The notes under the pieces were generated by a model, which was not told where the DNA came from, did no database searches, and worked only from the letters and a program-made list of their open reading frames with translations. 64,000 bases of DNA from Octopus vulgaris (taxonomy: Eukaryota). The DNA is taken from contig OX597842.1 of assembly GCA_951406725.2 (NCBI GenBank), positions 9,362,001-9,426,000 of the forward strand, given 5' to 3'. A program made the translations under genes and the position numbers. Each line of letters begins with the position of its first letter. The first letter of the stretch is position 1. Positions 1-12,177 of this stretch are shown piece after piece.

Positions 1-270
1 AGCACGGAGGCCACATAGCTGCTCTGGTATTGACCATGCTCGGATGGTGCTCTTAATACCCTACTAGCACGGGACTTGAGTGTCAATAGTGCGATGCTGA
101 TAACGATCACATATAGATAGATAGATAGATAGATAGAGAGACAGATACATAGACATACAAACACATATACATGTATGTATAAAATTAATGTGGGCAGCTG
201 GGTGCAGTATAAACTGTATATGCAAAATTTAGTTGTCACTAATTGTAACTCTATGTGCTGCAGGCACATA

Positions 271-424
271 TATTGCTAGAAATAAGAGTTAAACCACTTA
301 GAGCTGCATAAAAGTCTCCAGTGTTCTGGCTTTGTTTCGCTCATGGGCAGTTATCTACCTTGTGAGTATATATTAATGTGCTTTTATGCAGCTATAAGTG
401 GTCTAACTCTTATTTCTAGCAATA
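271..424. mobile_element. Small inverted-repeat element (44-bp arms)
   Basis: 271-314 is the reverse complement of 381-424 with 2 mismatches. Confidence 0.7.
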
Positions 425-510
425 ATTATAGCACCACGACTATAATCACCATGACTACCACAAGTATTGGTGTGATCCCAGGCACACATACAACCATATA
501 ATGACCACCA

Positions 511-746
511 TAAAGGTGGCGAGCTGGCAGAACCGTTTGCACGCCGGACAAAATGCGTAGCTGTATTTCGTCTGCCGTTACGTTCTGAGTTCAAATTCCG
601 CCGAGATCGACTTTGCCTTTCATCCTTTCAGGGGTCGTTAAATTAAGTACCAGTTACGCACTGGGGTCGATGCAATCGACTTAATTCGTTTGTCAGCCCT
701 TGTTTGTCCCCTCTGTGTTTAGCCCCTTGTGGGCAATAAAGAAACA
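511..746 (+). mobile_element. tRNA-derived SINE family A, with 16-bp TSD
   Basis: Head GGCGAGCTGGCAGAA, B-box GAGTTCAAATTCC, core GCCTTTCATCCTTTCGGGGTCGAT; TSD CATATAATGACCACCA at 495-510 and 747-762. Further copies near 8745, 17272, 17458, 24020, 24470, 28740, 32677, 32905, 34820, 38268, 39288, 45510, 46460 and 52395. Confidence 0.9.
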
Positions 747-811
747 CATATAATGACCACCACTACTATCACAATGACCTCAACCACACAACTCCACCAC
801 CCCAATCTTAC

Positions 812-994
812 CTTCTTTGCCATTGCCAATAGCTCCACAGCCTTGTCGTACTGTGCATTTTCCATAAAAAAGTCGGCACACCTCTCCAGGACCTCGGGGT
901 CAGCCCGGTCATCCAGTTCCAAAGTCATTGCCTGCAATGCCCCAAACTGTTTACTGCTGAATGATAGCTCCAGGGCCTTAGATAAACGGCCAGC
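812..994 (-). CDS. IFT140: IFT140 coding exon 26 ([12 protein letters not shown]...[10 protein letters not shown])
   Basis: 183 nt, ttctgcag / GTAAGA, phase 0-0; downstream exons are outside the window. Confidence 0.95.
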
Positions 995-1067
995 CTGCAG
1001 AAAGAGAAAAAAGATAGGATATTATTTATATCAGGGACATACCACCTAGGTAGACAAGATGGACATA

Positions 1068-1111
<44 letters not shown>

Positions 1112-1357
1112 ACTAATGTTTAGTATTGCAAATTATATTGAATTGGAACGATCATACTGACGAGTCTGCGAACAAAAGATTACATAAGTAATTTATTAGG
1201 TAATAGACGAAACCGGTATATGATTAATTCTTGATTTTTATATAATTTTCATCTGTCTTGCTCGCTTTTTCTCTGGAGAACATCATTTTCTTTGTAGTTA
1301 GATCATATATGATCATCTAGCGTATGGTTATCCACCTAATGGTTTATCCCTAAATAT

Positions 1358-1423
<66 letters not shown>

Positions 1424-2134
1424 ATATATATATATAGTCAATCCAAACATAAACAAGCAAGGAAAAAAGACAATGTGAGGACGTGGAATAAGTCCAGTGT
1501 TATTGGATGCTCAGGAAAGGAAAGAAAACAAAGAGGATTTCATGTTTCGAGCAGAGCTCTTCATCAGAAATATAGAAAAAGTCCAAAGAAAGGAAGACAG
1601 AGAAAGAAAATCGCCAACGATGCACACGGGTGGTCACATATTGAAATGACCAGAAGGGAATGGGTGAAGGAAAAGTTCTTTCAAAGACAGGAGAGTGCAA
1701 GAGAAGGAGGTATGTGTGTGTACATGAGGGTATGTGCGTGTGTGCAGGTCTGTGTTTGTGTGTGTGTGGTTGTGGCTGTTTATGTGTGTGTGGTTGGACT
1801 TAGTGTTGCTTAAGGTCATTGGAAGAATTTATAGTAAGAATTTTTGTAGGAGTGGCTGCCTGTTGTGTGTCTACCTGCTATATATATATATATATATATA
1901 TACATACACATAGGGCCTTACTCACCTTGTGGTATAACATCACAGCATTACCTTCCATACCCAATTTGTGTTCAAAATACCTGGCTGCCTCTACCATGTC
2001 CTCAGGTGACCCCAGGAGGGCCAAGTTCAGAATTTGGTTCTCCATACCATTCTCCTGTAACAGATAAATGCAAAGTAACTGTCTGTAAATTTACATCAGA
2101 TCAAGGTGGAGGAGGAAGACGAAGCAGAGAAAGG

Positions 2135-2194
<60 letters not shown>

Positions 2195-5100
2195 AAGAGA
2201 TGGGCAGAGGAAGGGGTGGAGGAGGGGACGGAAAAGGAGGAGGAGAAAAAGAGGAATAGGGGAAGAAAAGGAGATGTAGAAGAAGTAAAAGAAGATGAAG
2301 AAGGATATGGAGGGAAAGGAATGGAGGGTGATATGAAGGGGTGAGGATAAAAGAGGAAAGGTTGAAGGGGAGGAGAATGCTACTAATGCTATGGTGGTGG
2401 TGGTGGTTGTGGTGGAGGAAAAAATGATGAAGCCAACGGAGAAGGAAGAGGTAAGGGAAAGGAAGGGGAGAGGGAGGACAATGACGAGGAGGAGGGGGAA
2501 TAAAAGTGGAAGAGGAGGAAAGAAGAGGAGGAGGAAAAAAGAGGAAGGGGAGGAGAAAAAGGAGAATATATGTAGAAGAGGAAGGAGAGCAGCAGCAGCA
2601 GCAACAGCAGCAGCAGTGACAAGGACAACAAGAGAAGAAGGAGGAGGGGTTGGAGGGGGAGGAGGAGACGGAGGAAGAGGGAGGAGGAGATGGAGGAAGA
2701 GGGAGGAGGAGATGGAGGAAGAGGAGGAGCAGGAGGAGGAGGAGAAGGAGAAGAAGAAGAAGAAGAAGTGTGAAGGAAGGAGAAGAAGCTGACAGGGGAT
2801 GATGATCTGTGGAGTATTAAAAGAAAGAGATGAGGTTCACTGACCTTACAAAGTCGGATGGCATTGCCATAAGTCTCTGATCTTGTGAAAAAGTTGACGG
2901 CATTCTGATAATCTCCTTGGATCTCATACTGCCGAGCCACGTGATAACAGGCAGCCCTGTCACCGGTCTCGTTACAGATGGTTGATGCCTAGAAATGATA
3001 TATATGCATGACCATGAATGTATACACACACACACACACACATGTATATGATATAATGGAAGTATGAACTGGTAAACTATTGGTGTCATTTTAGACCATG
3101 CCATTTATATATTTAAACAGAATTACTGAGTTGTAACAATAGAGCTGTCAGAACAGAATGGATCACAAGAAATAAGAAGGTGTGCAGATGTATGTGTGAG
3201 TGTGTGTGTGTGAAGATATTTTGATTGCCTCGATAACTGAAGAGATGCCGGTGCGAGTTTCTGCCCTGACATCCGAAACTCAGAGTTTTATTATAGCAAC
3301 CAAATAAATTGTAACATATTATATTACAGATAAATTGCTCTAGTTAAATAATATCGAGGACTCTTTCATTCTTTTGTTGTCTTACTATTACTATCAATAT
3401 ATATATACATATATATATATAAAAAAAATTATTAATATTAGGGAATTTATTTCCAAGTCCACAGGGGAGAGAAATTCAATTTAGTCTATGCTGATAACTT
3501 TACTTTCATAGCTGAGTCACTATCAGAACTAGAAAAGTTTCAGGTGTGGAAGCAAGGTCTAGAATTGAAGGGCCTAAGGCCCTTCTAGCAAAAATCAAAG
3601 TCTTAGTAAGTAGGAAGGCAGACAAATCACAAATCCCTTCAGGTAGATGGCCCTGCTCGATCTGTAGAAAAGGCATAGGTAGAAACTCTATAAGATGTAC
3701 CCAGTGTAAGCTATGGACACATAAGAGGTACAGCAATATCAAAGGAAGGCTAACTGGGAAGATAGTTTTTGTGTGTGGCAGATGCACCGGGGCAATAAAC
3801 ACTGAAAATCTGCAGAAAAAAGCTTTTATAACATACGAGGGGGAAAAACTAGAAGTAGTTGATAGTTTCTGTTACCTTGGTGAAATAGATGACAAGAAAC
3901 TAAAAACAAAAAAATGATGATGATAAAAAGGATGCACATCACTACAACATCACCAAAAGAAAGAAATCCTGAAAGCACAGTCACCATACCTTTTCCATGT
4001 CTGACTGGAAACAGTAGACACGAACCAATGAGAGATAGTCCTGCGCTATATCATAATACTTCACGGCTTCAGCAAGTTCCTCAATACTCTCCATGTATTG
4101 GGCATACCACTTGTACAAGGTCCTGCAAATGGAATGACAATATAATGGGTTCAATTCTATCTCATGGCACTTTGAAACACTACTTATTATTAATTTAAGT
4201 GGAGGCGCAATGGCCCAGTGGTTAGGGCAGCAGACTCACGGTCATAGGATCGCAATTTCGATTCCCAGACCGGGCGTTGTGAGTGTTTATTGAGCGAAAA
4301 CACCTAAAGCTCCACGAGGCTCCGGTAGGGGATGGTGGTGATCCCTGCCGTACTATTTCACCACAACTTTCTCTCACTCTTACTTCTTGTTTCTGTTGTA
4401 CCTGTATTTCAAAGGGCCAGCCTTGTCACTCTCTGTGTCACGCTGAATATCCCCGAGAACTACGTTAAGGGTGCACGTGTCTGTGGAGTGCTCAGCTACT
4501 TACACGTTAATTTCACGAGCAGGTGTGTATGTATATATATACATACAGGGTTGGCCAAAAGTCACCGGACAGTAAATCAAAATTCCACCATCACCACCAC
4601 CACCACACTCATCATCACCATCACCACTATCATCATCATCACTACCCCCCCATCACCTCCACTATTATCATCATTACCACCACCACCACACTCATCATCA
4701 CCATCGCCACTACCACTATCATGATCACCACCACCACCATCACCACTACCACCATCACCATCACCACTGCCACCACCACTACTACCACCATCACCACCAT
4801 CATCATCATTACCACCACCATCACTACATATGCTACCACCCTGGGGTACTTACTTGTCCTTGCTTTTCTGTATAAAGTCCAACAGATCTTGTGGTTTCGG
4901 GTACAACATTTTGGGTGCCTCATACATGTGGGTCCCAGCCTTCTTGTAGCTGTAAAACAGAACAGAGGTCAGTGGGGGGGGGTCACATAAAGAATTTGGG
5001 TCAGGTCAAAATATAAGTTTACAGTCAAAGGAGAAGATATAGGTACAAGTATGGCTGAGTGGTAAGTAGCTTGCTTACCGACCACATGGTTCTGGGTTCA

Positions 5101-5546
5101 GTCCCACTGCATGACACCTTGGGCAAGTGTCTTCTGCTATAGCCTCAGGCTGAGCCAAGCCTTGTAAGAGGATTTGGTAGATGGAAACTGAAAGAAGCCT
5201 GCCATATATACACACATATATATATATATTAGAGATAAAACCACTATTATGCAACTCGAACAGTGATAGACATAAACCAAAACATAAATAACAAATAAAA
5301 TATATTTTTATAAAACATATATTGATCATTCATTTTTATACTTTTTGTGATCCAGTTATATGTTTTATAAAAATATATTTTATTTGTTATTTATGATTTG
5401 GTTTATGTCTATCATTGTTTGAATTGCATAATAGTGGTTTCTCTCTAATTTATATATTTTATATATTTACATTGTGAAATTTGATTTAATACTAAATTGA
5501 ATTTTTCCCTGTAAGTTTGAAGTTATACTCCCTAATATTATTACTA

Positions 5547-5577
<31 letters not shown>

Positions 5578-8500
5578 TATTATTATTATTATTATTACTA
5601 TTATTATTATTATTATTATTATAATATATATATATAATATATTATATATATAACATATATATATAAGCACAGGCTTGGCTGTGTCGTAAGAAGCTCTGGG
5701 TTCAGTCCTACAGTGTGGCACCTAGGGCGAGTATCTTCTACTATAGCCTTAGGCCAAACAAAGCTTTGTGAGTGGATTTGGTAGATGAAAACTCTGTGGA
5801 AGCCCATCGTGTGTGTGTGTGTGTGTCTGAGCTTGTCTCCCATCACTATCTGATAACTAGTGTTGGTTTGTTTACATCCACATAACAGTTAAGCAAAAGA
5901 GACCAAAAAAACAAGTACCAGACTTTAAAAAGTAAGTACTTTCAATTATTCAATTATTCAATTAAAAAAGCCCTTCAAGTCAGTGCCCCAGCATGGCCAT
6001 AATCGAAGGCCTGAAATAAGTAAAAGATAAAAGGTAGTGAATCAGTGTCCATGCAAATAATAATCCCACCAGTCTTCCAATTGAATTTAATTTCCTTTTC
6101 CCCTTATTTTTCTCATCTTCATCTTCATATTTTTTTCAGTTTTTTCTCCTGATTTCTCTCTCTTCTTCTTCCTGAAGAAGAGCATACGCTCAAAGCATTA
6201 AAAACTTCTTCCAATTTTCCTGAGCATCAACCTAATACACCCTTATCATTTGCTTTTTAACCTTGTTTTTATGTTTTCCTTTTCCTCTTATTTTTCTCAT
6301 CTTCATTTTTTTTTCAGTTTTTTTCTCCTTATTTCTCTCTCTTCTTCTCCTTTCTGAAGAAGAGCATAGGCTCAAAACATTAAAGACTTCTTCCAATTTT
6401 CCTGAGTACCAACTTAATACTCCCTGTTTGTTTTTGCCTCTTCACTGTCATGCTTTATTTATTTATTTTTAAAATTTTTCTCCTTACTTTTCTTTCTCTT
6501 CATCTATCCTTTCCATTGAAGAGCATAGGCTCAAAACAACAAAAACTTGCAATTTTTTTGAGCACCAACCTGAAATACCCTGTCTGTTTAGTTTTTGTTA
6601 CCCCATCTGTGTGTTGTTTTTTTCCCTTATTTTTCTCTCTCCTCATCTATCCTTCCAGCAGAAAAGCATTAAAAACTTCTCTCAATTTTCCTGAGCATCA
6701 ACCAAATACACCCTATTTGTTTCTTTACCTCATCTTCATGTTTTCTTTGTAGGTTATTTTCTCCTTATTTTCCTCTTTTCTCATCTATCCTTTCTGAAGA
6801 AGAGTAGATGCTCAAAACATCAAGGATTTCTTCCACTTTTCCTGAACGTCAACATAATACACCAGTTTGTGTTTCTACCTTCTCTTTGTAATTTCTGTTT
6901 TATCTTTGTACCATTTTGACCACTAACTCTGACCTCTGGCTCTAACCCCAAGCAGGAAAAGGAGGAGAGAGATAGGAAGAGGAAAAACAGGCAAGAAAGA
7001 GAGAAAGAAAGAAGGATATAAAGAGAGGAAGAGAGGGTAAGAATTATAAGCCTTACTTGTTTATAGCTTCAAGCCTGTTGCCCTCTGATTGTAAATGCTG
7101 AGCGTAACAATGATAAGTGCACTTGAGATGAATTCTGTCATACAACTCTGCAGTCTCCAGGGCCTGCATTGGTGGAGGTGGTCATGGGCAGATTGAGGTA
7201 CAAAGAGAAAAAAAAGAAAAGAGAGTTATTACTATCATGTTAACTCCAGATAGACTGTGATCCAGACAGACCTATGATCAAAGATGTTCCAGCTGTGACC
7301 ATCCCCTCTTTTATCCAGGCATAGTGTATCTAGGACTACATTATCTAATGTACAGTATAGTAGTTAGTATTAATGGTTATAGTTAGTGTTGTTTAGCCCT
7401 GGGTCAGTCCTGAACTAGGAGACAAACCTATGATCAAAGATGTTCCAGCTGTGACCATCCCCTCTTTTATTCAGACATACTGTATCTAGGACTACATTAT
7501 CTAATGTACAGTATAGTAGTTAATATTAATGGCTATAGTTGTTGTTTTTGTTTAGCCCCAGGTCAGACCTGATCCAGACAGACTTACGAAAGATGTTCCA
7601 GCCATGACCATCATGTCTTTTATTCAGACATAGTATACCTAGGACTACACTAGCTAATGTACAGTATAGTAGTTAATATTAGTGGCTATAGGTGTTGTTA
7701 TTTAGCCCCAGGTCAGTCCAAATCCAGTAGACATATAATCAGTGATGCCCCAGCTGTGATCATCCCATCATTTATTCAGGCATAGCGTATCTAAGACTAC
7801 ATTATTTAATGTATTGTATAGTAGTTACTATTAGTGGCTAGAGTTGTTGTTGTTGTTTAACCCCAGGTCAGTCCTGATCCAGCAAACCTATGATCAAAAA
7901 TGTTCCAGCTGTGACCACCCCATCTTTTATCCCGTCATAGTGTATCTAGGACTACATTATCCAAAATGTCCTTCCTCTATTAAAGGCAGTGCACATCTTG
8001 TTCCCCACTGCCAAGACACTTCTCAGCATCTCTCCATCAAGTAGACACTAGCCCTGTCCCCTCACCCCTCAACATTCACACAGTTCATCCCCGCCCTCAC
8101 CTACTGACCATTTCTGCACCCCCAATAGATTCCCCTGCCCCATATACATACTCACCTTATCCCATTGACCACAGTCCTGGTAGAACTCATTCAACAGGTC
8201 GTACCTTTTGCAGTTCTTCAGGAACTTCTCGGCCTCGTCCTGTCAAAGAGAGAAAGGGAGTGGGGAGGTTATGGTTATGTTATTAATCATCCTGATCAAT
8301 CATCATCAGTCATATATCAGCATCAATCACCATCAGTCATATATTAGCATCAATCACCATCAGTCATATATCAGCATCAATCATCATCAGTCATATATCA
8401 GCATCAATCATCATCAGGCATATATCAGCATCAATCATCATCAGTCATATATCAGCATCAATCATCATCAGGCATATATCAGCATCAATCATCATCAGTC

Positions 8501-8877
8501 ATATATCAGCATCAATCACCATCAGTCATATATCAGCATCAATCATCATCAGTCATACATCAGCATCAATCATCATTCAATATCCATATTCTATGCCGGC
8601 CCATATCGGTCAGATTGATACAATCTGATAGAGCAATGGGCAACTTCGTGCCCCAGTGTCTGCATGGGTCCTTAAGGCTAGATATGAATATTACCACCAA
8701 CACCACCATCACAACCAGCAGCTGCAGTAGCACCACCACTACCATCGACCCTGAAAGGATGAAAAGCAAAGTTGACCTCAGCGGAATCTGAACCCAGAAC
8801 GTGAAAACAGATAAAATACCGCTAAGCATTTCGCCCAGTGTACTAATAATTCTACCAGCTCACCACACTATATATAT

Positions 8878-8936
<59 letters not shown>

Positions 8937-8950
8937 TATAATTTATATAT

Positions 8951-8987
<37 letters not shown>

Positions 8988-11900
8988 TGATATATATAAT
9001 ATCAGGCCCAGATTTGACTGGGCCTGATGAAGCCTTCTGGCTTCACAGACCCCAGTAGAACCGTCCAACCCATGCTAGCATGGAAAACGGATGCTAAACG
9101 ACGATGATGATGATGATGATAATATATATATATAATTTATATATCATATAAATTATATATATATATCTATATCATCATCATCATCATCATCATCGTTTAG
9201 CGTCCGTTTTCCATGCTAGCATGGGTTGGACGGTTCTACTGGGGTCTGTGAAGCCAGAAGGCTTCATCAGGCCCAGTCAAATCTGGCAGTGTTTCTACGG
9301 CTGGATGCCCTTCCTAACGCCAACCACTCCGTGAGTGTAGTGGGTGCTTTTTACGTGCCACCCGCACTGGTGCCAGACAGAGCTGGCAAACGGCCACGAA
9401 CGGATGGTGCTTTTTATGTGCCACCGGCACGAGGGCCAGGCGAGGCTGGCAACGGACACGAAACGGGGCGGTGCTGGCAACGGTCGCGAAACGGAAAGTT
9501 CTCTTACATGCCACCGGCACTGGTAACACATCTGCAATTTCCATTGATCGATTTCCATTGATCGATTTCCATTGATCGATTTCGATTCTGATCCTCACTT
9601 GCCTCAACGGGTCTTCACAAGCAGAGTTTTGACATGCCACCGGCACTGGTAGCACATCCGCAATTTCCATTGATCGATTTCGATTCTGATCCTCACTTGC
9701 CTCAACACGTCTTCACAAGTAGAGTTTTGTGTCCCAAGAAGGGAAGGTATGCATACGTAGGCCGGCTCCATCCCATGTAGAAGGCCACGGGTTATGGACT
9801 CACTTGTCCTGCCGGGTCTTCTCGCGCACAGCACACTTCCAGAGGTCTCGGTCTCTAGTCATTTCCTCAGTGAGACCTAAAGTTCGAAGGTCGTGCTTCA
9901 CCACCTCGTCCCAGGTTTTCCTGGGTCTGCCTCTTCCACAGGTTCCCTCAACCGCTAGGGTGTGGCACTTTTTCACACAACTATCTTCATCCATTCTCGC
10001 CACATGACCATACCAGCGCAAACGTCTCTCTTGCACACCACAACTGATGCTTCTTAGGTCCAGCTTTTCTCTCAAGGTACTTACACTCTGCCGAGTGTGA
10101 GTACCGGCATTACACATCCATCGGAGCATACTGGCTTCATTTCTAGCGAGCTTACGCATATCCTCAGCAGTCACGGCCCATGTTTCACTGCCATGTAGCA
10201 TGGCTGTTCGTACACACGCATCATACAGTCTGCCTTTCACTCTGTGCGAGAGGCCTTTGTCACCAGCAGAGGTAAGAGCTCTCTGAACTTTGCCCAAGCT
10301 ATTCTTACTCTAGCAGTTACACTTTCAGCACACCCGCCCCCGCTGCTGACTTGGTCACCTAGGTAACGGAAACTATCAACTATTTCTAGTTTTCTCCCTG
10401 GAAAGTGACGGAAGTTGGTCTCAGAGCATTTTCAGTGTTTATTGTTCCTGAGCATCTGCCACATACAAAAACCATCTTCCTAGTTAGCCTTCCTTTGACA
10501 TTGCTGCATCTCTTATGTGTCCATAGCTTACACTTGGTGCACCTAATAGAGTTTCTACCTACACCTTTTCTACAGATCGAGCAGGGCCATCTACCTGAAG
10601 GTGTTTGTGATTTGTCTACCTTCCTACTGATTACGACTTTGGTTTTAGCTAGATTGACTCTGAGGCCCTTCGATTCTAATCCTTGTTTCCACACCTGAAA
10701 CTTCTCCTCCAGTTCTGATAGCGACTCAGCAATTAGAGCAAGGTCATCAGCATAGAGGAGCTCCCAAGGGCATCCTGTCTTGAATTCCTCCGTTATTGCC
10801 TGGAGGACTATGATAAATAGGAGGGGGCTGAGTACTGAGCCTTGGTGGACTCCTACCTCTACCCGAATTCTTCACTGTACACATTTCCAACCCTCACCCT
10901 ACTAGCGGCGTCCCTATACATGGCCCGCACAGCTCTCACTAACCATTCATCTATCCCTAGTTTCCTCATTGCCCACCAGATAAGGGATCGGGGGACCCTG
11001 TCGAAGGCTTTCTCCATGTCAACAAAAGCCAGGTACAGGGGCTTATCTTTGGCTAGGTATTTCTCCTGCAGCTGCCTTACCAGGAATATAGCATCAGTAG
11101 TACTTTTCCCTGGCACAAACCCAAACTGCATCTCATCTAAACTAACTCTCTCTCTAATTAGTTGGGCTATGACCCTCTCCGTAACCTTCATCACCTGGTC
11201 CAACAGCTTGATACCTCTGTAGTTATTTGTATCTAGGGCATCACCTTTACCTTTGTAGCAGTTGACTATTATACTGCTACACCAGTCATTGGGTATGACC
11301 CCTTTGTGTATCACCTGATTAACTATACGGGTGACTAGGCTATAGCCGACACTACCAGACATTTTGAGCATCTCTGCAGTGATTCCTGATGGGCCTGGGG
11401 CTTTCCCTGTCTTCATGCTTCTAATTGCCTTAGCTACCACGGAACTATCAACTCGGATAGCTGGTCCCTCTGTTGGGTCAACATTCGGCAGACTCTCTTT
11501 ATCCCATTCATTTTCTTCATTCAGCAACCTTTCATAGTGGCATCTCCAAACCTCTCTCTTTGCATCCTCATTTAGCGCAAGTGAACCATCTTCCATGCGA
11601 ACACACTTCTCTCCTACCACATCACGATTCTCTCTCACACACTGTCTTGCAACACGAAACACCTCCAGTCTTTGGTCCTCACGGCGCAGAACATTGGCAA
11701 ATTTTTTCTTATCTGCTTCCCCTCTGGCTAAATAAACCTGTCTCCTAGCTTCTCTTTTGGCAGTCTGATACAATCCCCTGCTACCCCCATTTTTCCAGAC
11801 CTTCCAAGCCTGTCTCTTTTCTCTAATAGCCCTGTCTACAATATTGTTCCACCACCACGTTATTCTAGGTCGAGAGGGGACTTTGCACCAGCCACAGATC

Positions 11901-12141
11901 TGGTCAGTGGCTCTCAGCAGGTTGTCCCTTAGAAACGTCCAGCTGTCTTCTACCCCCTGTGATGCTCTATCCCCTTCTACTTCGTCAGAGGCTTCAAGTA
12001 ATATGTCCCTAAATCTCTGTCCATTTGCAGGATCTTTAAGCTTCCAGATCCTTCTTCTCCATATTTGTCGTCTTCTGGTTGTCCTCCTAGTCCTGATCCT
12101 AAAGTCACTAACTACCAGTCTATGTTGTGGGGTACATTCTT

Positions 12142-12177
<36 letters not shown>

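Noticed and set aside
3546-3917. Stand-alone host PHD/zinc-finger gene
   Set aside because: It is a decayed internal fragment of the RTE family at 9171-12142, with one ligand Cys mutated and no splice signals.
4199-4272. tRNA genes at SINE heads
   Set aside because: A/B boxes are present but each continues into a SINE body, copies are diverged, and no clean cloverleaf can be built.
8208-8618. SYISINHHQ repeat protein, or CRISPR-like array
   Set aside because: Plain 27-bp tandem repeat with no unique spacers, in a eukaryotic intron; the 19-bp array at 18868 also lacks spacers.
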